Source of the DNA: Podarcis pityusensis | Lineage: Eukaryota | DNA: 64,000 nt | Assembly: GCA_964106645.2 (NCBI GenBank) | Contig: CAXKZF020000137.1 | Reading direction: 5' to 3' (one strand) | Program-made: the position numbers and the translations under genes | Shown: in pieces, positions 42,540-50,558 of the stretch | Position numbering within the stretch: position 1 is the first letter of the stretch | Layout: every line of letters begins with the position of its first letter | Notes under the pieces: generated by a model | The model's input: the letters and a program-made list of their open reading frames with translations, nothing else | Told to the model about the DNA's origin: nothing | Database searches by the model: none

Positions 42540-43301
42540 CTAGCGCGCTCCGCCGACGTTGATCAGGGAGCCAACCTCAACGCGTGCATTGTGCTGCTTG
42601 CTAGCGCTGCGCGAAAGTTCGTGAGCCTTCGTCGCGTCTACTGGTCTGTTCAGCGTCACCTCGACGTCGTGGCACATGCCTGTGATGCTCGCGCTCTTCA
42701 CCATGTGGCCGTCGATCCCGTCTGTCAGCAGGTCGTCGGCGATTGCTCGGCGCTCGATCATGGTCGGACCCCGTGTGAACGAGACCGGGTAGGGGAAGTT
42801 CTCTTGGTCTGCGTAGGTCTGCAGCCGCTGTGCCTCCTCGTCGCCCGATCCGCCGAGCTGGATGACTAGCCCGTCGGTGGGGTCGGCCCAGTACAGTCCA
42901 CCGAAGGTCGACCCGGGTCGTGTCTTCTCGGCGGCTGTGAGGCGTTGTGCGAAGGAGTCGACGACGTCGAAGTTTGTGCCTAGGCCGCTCGTGCCCTCCG
43001 GGGTTCTGTTCGCTGCCGCATTGGGCTGGCAGGTTGGCGCCTGAACCCAAAGGGGTGCCGAGCCACCAGCCGCGGTTGAGATCGGGGTACCGCTTCGGGT
43101 TGGCTCGACAGGCGCAGAGACGGCGAGCACCGTAATCAGTGCGGCTGCGGCGGCCCCACCCCCGACGGCTGCAACGCGTCGCTTCTGCCGTCGGCGCGCT
43201 GCCGCGTTGAGGATGTCGCCGAACGGGGGAACGTGGTGACGAGCCAGCCCGGCCTCGCGGTCGATGAGCTCGCGGACGTCGTGGACGGACGGGGTGCTCA
43301 T
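42540..43301 (-). CDS. anti-sigma factor candidate with protease-prodomain-like extracellular part
   Basis: TGATG-coupled to ECF sigma; cytoplasmic helix, RRRQKRR, single TM, FGGLYWAD..LVIQL domain. Confidence 0.7.
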   Translation of the reverse strand: MSTPSVHDVRELIDREAGLARHHVPPFGDILNAAARRRQKRRVAAVGGGAAAAALITVLAVSAPVEPTRSGTPISTAAGGSAPLWVQAPTCQPNAAANRTPEGTSGLGTNFDVVDSFAQRLTAAEKTRPGSTFGGLYWADPTDGLVIQLGGSGDEEAQRLQTYADQENFPYPVSFTRGPTMIERRAIADDLLTDGIDGHMVKSASITGMCHDVEVTLNRPVDATKAHELSRSASKQHNARVEVGSLINVGGAR

Positions 43302-43781
43302 CAGGCTTCTCCTAGGTGCGTGCGCAGAGCGGTGCGGGCTCGTGACAGACGCGACTTGACGGTGCCCACGGGTACTTCGAGGTCTGCCGCGATCTCGTCG
43401 TCGGTCAGCCCGAGCGCGGCGTGACGGACAAGGACTTCGCTGTGCAGGGGTGGCAGGTCGAGCACGGCCTGCCACACCTCTCGGAGGCGGACGTCGTCAG
43501 GGGCGGCGCCGCCTTGCAGGTCTGGGTCGAGCATCGGCCGTAGCCGATGTCGACGGCGTGCGTCGTCGATGGCGAGGGCGGTACCCCACGGTGCGCAACC
43601 ACGCCACCGGCCGCTCGTACCGAGAGACCTTGTTCCAGTGCAGGACGAGGCGGGTGAACGTCTCCTGTGCGCAGTCTTCCGCGATCGCGCGCGACCCGCA
43701 CAGGACGGTCAGCTCAGCGACCAGGCGGGGGTAGTTGGCCGTGTAGAGCTGCTCGAGCTCAGCGGCCTGGTTCGTCCTCAC
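43301..43781 (-). CDS. ECF sigma factor (SigE/ECF39-like), frameshifted near 43530-43580
   Basis: AEDCAQETF..HWNKV, WLRTV, EIAADLEVPVGTVKSRLSRAR. Confidence 0.85.
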
Positions 43782-43789
43782 ACCTGTAA

Positions 43790-43817
43790 GACGCCGGCGA
43801 AGCGCAATCGTTCCATC
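43790..43817 (-). promoter_or_regulatory. ECF promoter GATGGAAC-N16-CGTC
   Basis: 8 nt before the GTG; same geometry at 45748-45775. Confidence 0.7.
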
Positions 43818-43876
43818 GGGGATCAGTTTGGTCGATCATCCCGACTGCTTGTTCGCCTCCTACAACCGGCCAGACC

Positions 43877-43902
43877 GGCTCACAACCGATCGTCATTGAG
43901 AA
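43877..43902. other. isolated res site I copy
   Basis: ggctcacaaccg-AT-cgtcattgagaa. Confidence 0.55.
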
Positions 43903-44066
43903 GATTCCGAGAGCGCCCTTCCCAGGCATCGGTGAAGACGATTTACCCCCGCCGATCACCCGTGAGGTGCGACGCTGTGCGCATGAGCTAAGGGGCGGGA
44001 CGGGGCGAGCTCAGCGAACGGCAGCACGGCGGACCGGCAGGGGCGATCGTTATCCCTGGGTGGGTC

Positions 44067-44291
44067 ATGGTCGCCTTGGCACTTGCATCGTTGGTGGTCG
44101 CGGCGCTCGGCGCCCAGGGGCTGCTCTCTGACGATCCAATCCTCGACGAGGGTCGGACGGGTCTGGCCCTAGTGCTATTAGTTGCAGTGTCCCTGTGCCA
44201 GGGCGCGATGAACCTCTTGAACTGGCGATTGCAGCAGCGCCGCATAAGCGACGAGGAACCTGCCCCAGTTCAGTCTCAATTCAGGCTCTGA
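44067..44291 (+). CDS. small membrane protein
   Basis: Two hydrophobic helices. Confidence 0.45.
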   Translation: MVALALASLVVAALGAQGLLSDDPILDEGRTGLALVLLVAVSLCQGAMNLLNWRLQQRRISDEEPAPVQSQFRL

Positions 44292-44322
44292 CGCCGTGCG
44301 AGCAAGAGACGCCCTCGACGCG

Positions 44323-44347
44323 TGCTCAGTGACGATCGTCGTGAGCG
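44323..44347. other. isolated res site I copy (hybrid arms)
   Basis: tgctcagtgacg-AT-cgtcgtgagcg. Confidence 0.65.
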
Positions 44348-44422
44348 ACTGTTCTCACTCCGCGGGGTGGGTGATCGAGGTCCTTGGGCGGTGACTGCTG
44401 TTCCCTTGAGGGGTGCATGCGC

Positions 44423-44941
44423 TTACTGACCCACGTCGAAGTACCCGATGACCGTCACGCCGTCGCTGCGGTAGACCGGCAGCCAGTCCACGGTCGGGGT
44501 GGGGATGGGCTCATCGAGGCTGGTCGGTGCGGGCTCCGCAGCCATGAGCTCGGAGTTGCGGAGGTACCCGTTGGCACCGTTCGTCGCGACCGCGGCGATG
44601 AGGTCGGGGGTGTTGGCCTCTGACGTCGAGTGGAGGTCGGTGCCGTACGACTCGCCCCGAGCATTCACTCCTGAGGCTGCTCTTGCGCCCTCGGAGTCCT
44701 CTTTGGGGAACGGGCGCCCGTTCGCAGGGGTGGGTGCAGGTCGAGCGGTGATAGTGACCGACACCGTCTCCCCACCGTCCGGCCCCATGTGAGTGGTCGG
44801 TGTTGTTGTCGGCGGTGGCGTCGTAGATCGCGCCGGAACAGCCACTGTCTCGCCGCCGCTTGCTACCGCCGCTCTCACTCCTGCTAGTGCTAGGACCGCT
44901 GCTGCCCCAGCGACGAACAGGCCCAGATTCCTATTGTTCAT
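44423..44941 (-). CDS. secreted/anchored protein with domain resembling the C-terminus of some BlaR1/M56-associated proteins
   Basis: NARGESYG..PDLIAAVATNGANGY..PVYRSDGVTVIGYF. Confidence 0.65.
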   Translation of the reverse strand: MNNRNLGLFVAGAAAVLALAGVRAAVASGGETVAVPARSTTPPPTTTPTTHMGPDGGETVSVTITARPAPTPANGRPFPKEDSEGARAASGVNARGESYGTDLHSTSEANTPDLIAAVATNGANGYLRNSELMAAEPAPTSLDEPIPTPTVDWLPVYRSDGVTVIGYFDVGQ

Positions 44942-45067
44942 CTCATCCCCCTGCCATCGGTACGGCGATACTCCTCGCGCCATCGCCTAGGAGCAAGGCC
45001 TCGAGATGGGGAGCACTACCCGCCGAATTGGCCGGAACCCTTAGCGGTTGCTCACGCTGACTGCTCT

Positions 45068-45580
45068 TTGCCTTCCATCACTGTGTTGCCAGCGAAGGTG
45101 GCTCCCGGTGGGTCCGTCACAGTCATAGGAAGCGCCTTCGGGACCGCGTGCAACGACGTCGGCCCAACTACGGAGCCAGCCCTTGGTGATCCCGCGATCG
45201 ACATCGACTTGATCCTGAGCGCTGACGGCAGCTCATCGACCCTTCTCACGGTCGACGCCGACGCTGACTACGCCTTCACCCAGCGCGTCACTATGCCTGC
45301 CGACGTCACCGGACCTGTGGAGATCTACGCGACCCTCGCCGAGGGCTACGACACGGACCCGGTCGCCCTCACGATCCAGGGGGTGCAACCCCCAGTCGCC
45401 GCGCCCTCAGCATCCACCGACGCCGCTCGGCCAGCTGTCGTCCAGACCGACTCTCCTCCCAAGAGCAAGGACAACGGGCCGGTTCTCCTGCTTGGTGGCG
45501 CATGCGCCATCGCGCTGATCGCAGCCGCCCTCGGCATCAGCCGCTCCCGTAGGCAAGGTGCGTCGCGTCCTGCCCACTGA
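45068..45580 (+). CDS. surface protein with C-terminal PAVVQTD-TM-basic tail; signal peptide damaged
   Basis: Ig-like VAPGGSVTVIG segment; upstream in-frame AHA-DC cleavage-like site without a start codon. Confidence 0.6.
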   Translation: MPSITVLPAKVAPGGSVTVIGSAFGTACNDVGPTTEPALGDPAIDIDLILSADGSSSTLLTVDADADYAFTQRVTMPADVTGPVEIYATLAEGYDTDPVALTIQGVQPPVAAPSASTDAARPAVVQTDSPPKSKDNGPVLLLGGACAIALIAAALGISRSRRQGASRPAH

Positions 45581-45643
45581 CGATCGTCACTGAGCAGGCT
45601 GCTGCCCCCTGCTTGCGTCCCATTCGACGATCGTCACTGCACG
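45571..45643. other. two tandem res site I copies
   Basis: tgcccactgacg-AT-cgtcactgagca (45571-45596) and tcccattcgacg-AT-cgtcactgcacg (45618-45643). Confidence 0.65.
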
Positions 45644-45747
45644 CCGCCGAGCGAGGGTAGGACCTCGAACCCTCGGACGAGGTTTCCCCCGCCAACGCGT
45701 GGGCCGCGATAGGCCGCTCCGAAGGCGTGAGCGAATAGTTAGGACTC

Positions 45748-45775
45748 GATGGAACCAACCGCTCGCCTCAGCGTC
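45748..45775 (+). promoter_or_regulatory. ECF promoter GATGGAAC-N16-CGTC
   Basis: 8 nt before ATG 45784. Confidence 0.7.
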
Positions 45776-45783
45776 ATATGGGC

Positions 45784-46266
45784 ATGAAGCTGCAGAACCG
45801 TGAGGGCTTGGCGGAGATCCACGCCGCCTTCTACCCCCGCCTGGTGGGTGAGCTGACCGTGGTGGCCGGCTCCCGCGCCTCGGCTGAGGACTGCGCTAAC
45901 GAGGCGTTCACCCGGCTGGTGCTGCACTGGAACAAGGTGTCGAAGTACGACAGTCCCATTGCCTGGCTACGCACCGTCGGATACCGGCTAGCGGTCGACG
46001 AGCAGCGACGAGCACGCCGTCAACTGGCTGTGCCTGATCACGAACCCTCCTCGAGGACCGGCGAGGACTACCCGCACTCGCACGAGATTTGGCAAGCGAT
46101 CCGCGACCTGCCCGTCAGCCAGCGTGAGGTCGTGGTCCGCCGAGCCGTGCACGACCTCACCGACGCCGAGATCGCCGAAGAACTCGCCGTGCCTATCGGA
46201 ACCGTCAAGTCGCGCCTGTCCCGGGCGCGCACCACTCTTCGCTCTCGTCTAGGAGAACCGTCATGA
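45784..46266 (+). CDS. ECF sigma factor (SigE/ECF39-like)
   Basis: AEDCANEAF..HWNKV, WLRTV, LPVSQREVV, EIAEELAVPIGTVKSRLSRAR. Confidence 0.92.
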   Translation: MKLQNREGLAEIHAAFYPRLVGELTVVAGSRASAEDCANEAFTRLVLHWNKVSKYDSPIAWLRTVGYRLAVDEQRRARRQLAVPDHEPSSRTGEDYPHSHEIWQAIRDLPVSQREVVVRRAVHDLTDAEIAEELAVPIGTVKSRLSRARTTLRSRLGEPS

Positions 46267-47027
46267 GCAGTCCCGATCTCGATGCCGTCCGCGCCCTCAT
46301 TCACGACGAAGCTGACCGTGCACGCCGAGACGTGCCCTCGCTGGACTCATTCATCGCGGCCGCGAGCACCCGTCAGCGCCGCCGCCGCCACGCAGCGCTG
46401 GGCGCGGTCTTGGGAGCAGCGGTCGTCGCTGGTGGGGTGGGGCTGACCGTTCAAGGGGGTGACCAACCCGCGGTCGTCAACGTCGCCTCGAGCCCGTCAT
46501 CGTCCTTCCAGTCCGCCGGCGCTGACCTCCCCGCGCATCCCCGTCCGGACCAGGTCGCAGATCACCTAGCCGAGACGCTTAACGGCCAGGGCCGCAACGG
46601 CGGCGCGACGTGGATCTCCGAGAAGAAGACACTCAACATCTACGTCTCTGGGCCTGCAGGCGGCAAGGACGCCGCAGTCGAGAAGACCCAGGCCCTGGGC
46701 GATGAGCTGACCAGTACCGTCGACTTCACCGTCACGGTGCACGCGGGGGGTCTGCGCTCGGAGGCGCAGCTGGTCTCGACGATGGAGGCCGTCGCCGACA
46801 CCAAGAGCTACGACCCGAGCGGGACGGTGAAGGTCCGCTCCGAGGTGATCAACTACGAGACGGGGAAGGTCGCGGTCGACGTGACCAGCCAGGCCGCCGC
46901 CGACATCGTCGAGAAGAAGTTCGGCGACGCCGTCGAGGTCCAGGTCAAGGCCCCCTACACCCAGGAAGAGATCGAGGAGATGTTCGGCGTGCTGTACAAG
47001 AAGGGCACCCCCGACCACGACTTCTAG
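46263..47027 (+). CDS. anti-sigma factor candidate; extracellular domain is a copy of the neighbouring protease propeptide
   Basis: ATGA-coupled to sigma; RQRRRR + TM; C-terminal ~150 aa align with the pro-region of 47101-48327. Confidence 0.8.
   Translation: MSSPDLDAVRALIHDEADRARRDVPSLDSFIAAASTRQRRRRHAALGAVLGAAVVAGGVGLTVQGGDQPAVVNVASSPSSSFQSAGADLPAHPRPDQVADHLAETLNGQGRNGGATWISEKKTLNIYVSGPAGGKDAAVEKTQALGDELTSTVDFTVTVHAGGLRSEAQLVSTMEAVADTKSYDPSGTVKVRSEVINYETGKVAVDVTSQAAADIVEKKFGDAVEVQVKAPYTQEEIEEMFGVLYKKGTPDHDF
46736..46985. repeat. 250-bp inverted repeat, left arm (partner 47779-48028)
   Basis: About 5 mismatches by manual comparison. Confidence 0.95.
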
Positions 47028-47045
47028 TAGCGGTCTCCGTACGCG

Positions 47046-47087
47046 CGATGAAGGGCCGAGTGTGCACACGCTCGGCCCTTCATCGCA
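47046..47087. terminator. bidirectional terminator hairpin between convergent genes (coordinates approximate)
   Basis: gcgatgaagggccgag-tgtgcacacg-ctcggcccttcatcgc. Confidence 0.75.
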
Positions 47088-47100
47088 TCTATTGCCTGCG

Positions 47101-48400
47101 TCAGTACGTGGCCGGGTATCCACCGAGCTCGTTGGCGATCGTTGCCGCCCGAGAGAACCGCGCGAAACCGCCCTGCACAATGCACGAGTGCACCCCAAGG
47201 GCGACGTAGTCGCCGCTATCCGGGGACGCGGAATTCGGCTGCGCCACGGTGCCACCAGAGTCACCGCCCACGGTGCCGCTGATGTTGGTCGTCGTCAGCG
47301 GCACACCGCAGGTGCGATCGAAAACCGTGCGGACTTCACCCGTATGGACGCCGCTGTTCGCTCCCGAGACGAGCAGGGGCTGGCCCACGCTCATCGTGTC
47401 GTCCCACGCGGTGATCGTGCGGCTGTCGCTGCCGTACCTGCCGCCGATCCAGAACTCGTTGCGGACTGAGTAGCCGTTGGGGGGGTCGATGATGGCCCCA
47501 TCGACGTACTCATCGAACTGCCAGGTGGTGCCCGCCGAGGTCGCGATGCCGTACCTCGGCCACTCGTACCGGTAGTAGGAGCTTGTGCCGAAAGCAAAGC
47601 AGTGGCCCGCAGTCACTAGACGAACCTGGCCTCCGCTGACCCACTTCAAGCCGGTGGTGCAGTTCGCGGTGTCCCCAGCGCCAGCGTCTGGAGTGCAGTC
47701 TCCGGTGGTCTGGACACACATTGCTGTGCCTCCATTCCACCCGTTGCTGGGCGAGTCGTTCCGGCGGTTCTCGACCTGGAACATCCTCTCGATCTCTTCC
47801 TGGGTGTATGGGGCCTTGACCTGGACCTCGACGGCGTCGCCGAACTTCTTCTCGACGATGTCGGCGGCGGCCTGGCTGGTCACGTCGACCGCGACCTTCC
47901 CCGTCTCGTAGTTGATCACCTCGGAGCGGACCTTCACCGTCACGCTCGGGTCGTAGCTCTTGGTGTCGGCGACGGCCTCCATCGTCGAGACCAGCTGCGC
48001 CTCCGAGCGAAGACCCCCCGCGTGCACCTGCACCTTGACGTTGGACCCGCGGATCACCTCTGACACAAGCGTCTTGACCTTGTCCACAGCCGCGCTCTCG
48101 CCCAGGTCGGGGCCCGCCACGTAGATGTTGAGGGTCTCCTCCTCGGAGATCCACGTCGCGCCGCCATCGCGACCAAGGGTCTCAAGGGTGGCCTTGAGCT
48201 TCTCGGCGACCTGGTCAGGACGAGCAGCTCCCCACCTAAACGCCAGGGCCTCCTCAAAGCGGTCGATCTCCTCGACGGTCAGAGGACGGGTCGAATGGGT
48301 GATCTCGCGGGCGAGCTCCATCGTCATCGGCGGCTGAGGGTCGGTGTCGACAGCGGTGGCGGCGCCGCCAACGGCAAGAGTGGCGAAGGCGGCAGAGAAA
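47101..48400 (-). CDS. secreted S1 (alpha-lytic/streptogrisin-like) serine protease with propeptide; start uncertain, probable frameshift near 48398
   Basis: CTTG, VTAGHC, VDGAII, GGDSGG; in-frame signal-like FSAAFATLAVGGAATA upstream of the ORF-track start. Confidence 0.88.
47779..48028. repeat. 250-bp inverted repeat, right arm
   Basis: Reverse complement of 46736-46985. Confidence 0.95.
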
Positions 48401-48558
48401 CATGCCTCCCGCTAAGGGTGAGGTCTGCCACCGCATCACCAACCGCTCGCCATTTCAGCAGTCCCGATCGACTTCGCCGCCTTCACGTTTCCTTCCCTGC
48501 CCGGCTTTGGCCTGCAAGGGTGCCGGGGTGGTCATCTACCGGACCGCAAACTTAACCG
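48397..48558. repeat. 162-bp direct repeat, copy 2
   Basis: Matches 13262-13423. Confidence 0.9.
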
Positions 48559-48768
48559 CCACTGCCTCGATCTCAACGGTGCAGCCGTACGGCAGCTCGC
48601 TCACCCCGATGAACGATCGTGCGGGGCGCGGCTCGGCGAAGTGCTCTATGAAGGACGAGTTCGCTTCGTCTCGAAGTGAGACGTCCGTTGCGTAGTACAC
48701 CGTCTTGACGACGTGCTCCAGGCCCAGCCCGGCCAGGGAGAGTCGAGATTCAAGTTTGCGAAGGGCTG
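48536..48768 (-). pseudogene. RidA/YjgF family 3' fragment
   Basis: LEHVVKTVYY..FAEPRPARSFIGVSELPYGCTVEIEAVA. Confidence 0.8.
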
Positions 48769-48896
48769 CGTCGACGGTGTCTCAGCTTGGTGATGGCACC
48801 GACCCGGGTGTTCGCAGCTATTACGGGAAGGTCAGCGAGACGGTCTCGACCGTCGAGGAGGCCGGCGAGCACGTCACTGTCCTCGGCACGGTCCAA
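48769..48896 (+). repeat. 128-bp exact copy of internal part of lipoprotein gene (15469-15596)
   Basis: No mismatch seen. Confidence 0.92.
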
Positions 48897-49408
48897 TGGG
48901 GCTGTGCATGATCCAGTGTCTGCGGGCCGCTGGGGTGAGCGAGATCGTCGTCTCCGAGCCCTCGCAGGTCAAGCGTGAGGTCGCCCTGGCCATGGGAGCC
49001 AGCGCCGCCATCGACCCCAGCGAACGCGGCGCGCTGCAGCGTGAGGTCGCTGCCCGCACGGACGGGGTCGGGGCGGACGTCGTCATCGAATCGGTCGGCA
49101 TCACCGCGACCTACCGTGAGGCGCTCGAGGTGGTCCGCAAGCGCGGGAAGGTCATGTTCTTCGGAGCGGTGGTCCCAGATATCGAGCTGCCCTTGCTGCG
49201 GATTCTGCACCGCGAGCTTGAGCTCATCGGATGTACCGGGGCCAACGACGAGACAGCCGCCGCGATCGCGGCGTTGGCGGACGGTACCGTCGACCTGTCG
49301 GCCATCCCGCGCGCCACCGTCGGGCTGGCTGATACCGAGGCTGGTCTGGCTCACCTGGCAGATCCCGGCTCTGGAGTCGTCAAACTTTTCATCAACCCGG
49401 CCGGTTGA
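48897..49408 (+). pseudogene. zinc-binding dehydrogenase (MDR) 3' half
   Basis: VSEPSQVKRE, GADVVIESVG, VKLFINP; N-terminal domain absent. Confidence 0.8.
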
Positions 49409-49435
49409 GCAGCACCGCACGAGGAAGGGGTCGAA

Positions 49436-50213
49436 GTGACTAAGGGCGAGCGGCACGCCTGCATCCTGCGGCTGCTGGAAGACGAAGGCCGCATCGAAGT
49501 CGTCGATCTTGCGCGGCGCCTCGGGGCATCAGAGATCACCACCCGCAGAGACGTCACCGAGCTAGCCACCCATGGATATGTCGAGCGAGTCCATGGAGCT
49601 GTCCTGCGGTCAGCGGGACGTTCCGCTGAGCGCCCTTTCCATGCTCGAGAGGGCCACGCCGCAACGGCGAAAGCAGCCATTGCCGCCGAAGCGGTGACGC
49701 TGGTCTCGGCCGGTGACGCCATCGCCCTCGACGTCGGCTCAACCGTGCTGGGCATGGTCGACCTGCTGGGTGAGATCCCGGACCTCACGATCGTCACCGC
49801 CAACCTGCGCACCGCGTGGTCTGTAGCCACGTCGACCGTCCTGCCAAACCACCGGCTGATCGTGGCAGGTGGTGTGGTGCGTACCGGTGAGACCTCGATG
49901 TACGGTGCCGGCGCGATCGCGCAGCTACGTCGTATGCGAGTTGACATCGCGTTCCTCGGCGTTGCCGGGCTGAGCCCCGAGGCTGGCCTGACGGACTTCA
50001 ACCTCGACGATGCTGAGGTCAAACAAGTGATGATCCAGACGGCTCGCCGCACGGTGGTTTTGGCTGACCACACGAAACTCGACCAGCAGCGCTTCGCCCA
50101 CGTCGCCGACATCCACGAGATCGATGAAGTCATCACCGACCCACAGGCCGACCCCGAGACTCTCGACGCCCTACGTGCAGACGGGGTCCAAGATCACGGT
50201 GGCCAACCTCTAA
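49436..50213 (+). CDS. DeoR/GlpR family regulator (frameshift near 50190)
   Basis: SEITTRRDV..RVHGAV, LDVGST, LADHTKL. Confidence 0.88.
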
Positions 50214-50558
50214 CCGAGGAGTGCGCGGCCCGACGCTGTCGAATCATCACCGCTGAACTGCGTGAGGGACACTCAGCTGAAGCGCAGTACGCCGAAACGG
50301 CCCCCTCGACGCAACAGCCCTGGCCAGTGCCTACCCAGCGGATCCAATGCCCACACCATCAGTTGAGCGCACTTCAGGCGGGGGAACAAGCACGCGCCGT
50401 CTCCACCGCGGGCGAGTGCATTGCGATTCGTCGGTCCCGACCGTGGCCAACACGTGATCCGGTGGCTGGGCGAAACGCGTGCGCCTGCGGCTGCCCAGCC
50501 CTAGGTTGAGCCTCGCCACCCCCTTCGCCCGCCACGGCCCGTCACCTCCGGAGACCCT

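Noticed and set aside
3495-50213. Numerous frameshifts (MFS, four ABC genes, sigma, DeoR, protease 5' end) as programmed frameshifting or genome decay
   Set aside because: They are single-base indels in otherwise intact genes with almost no nonsense codons, most simply explained by sequencing error; needs read check
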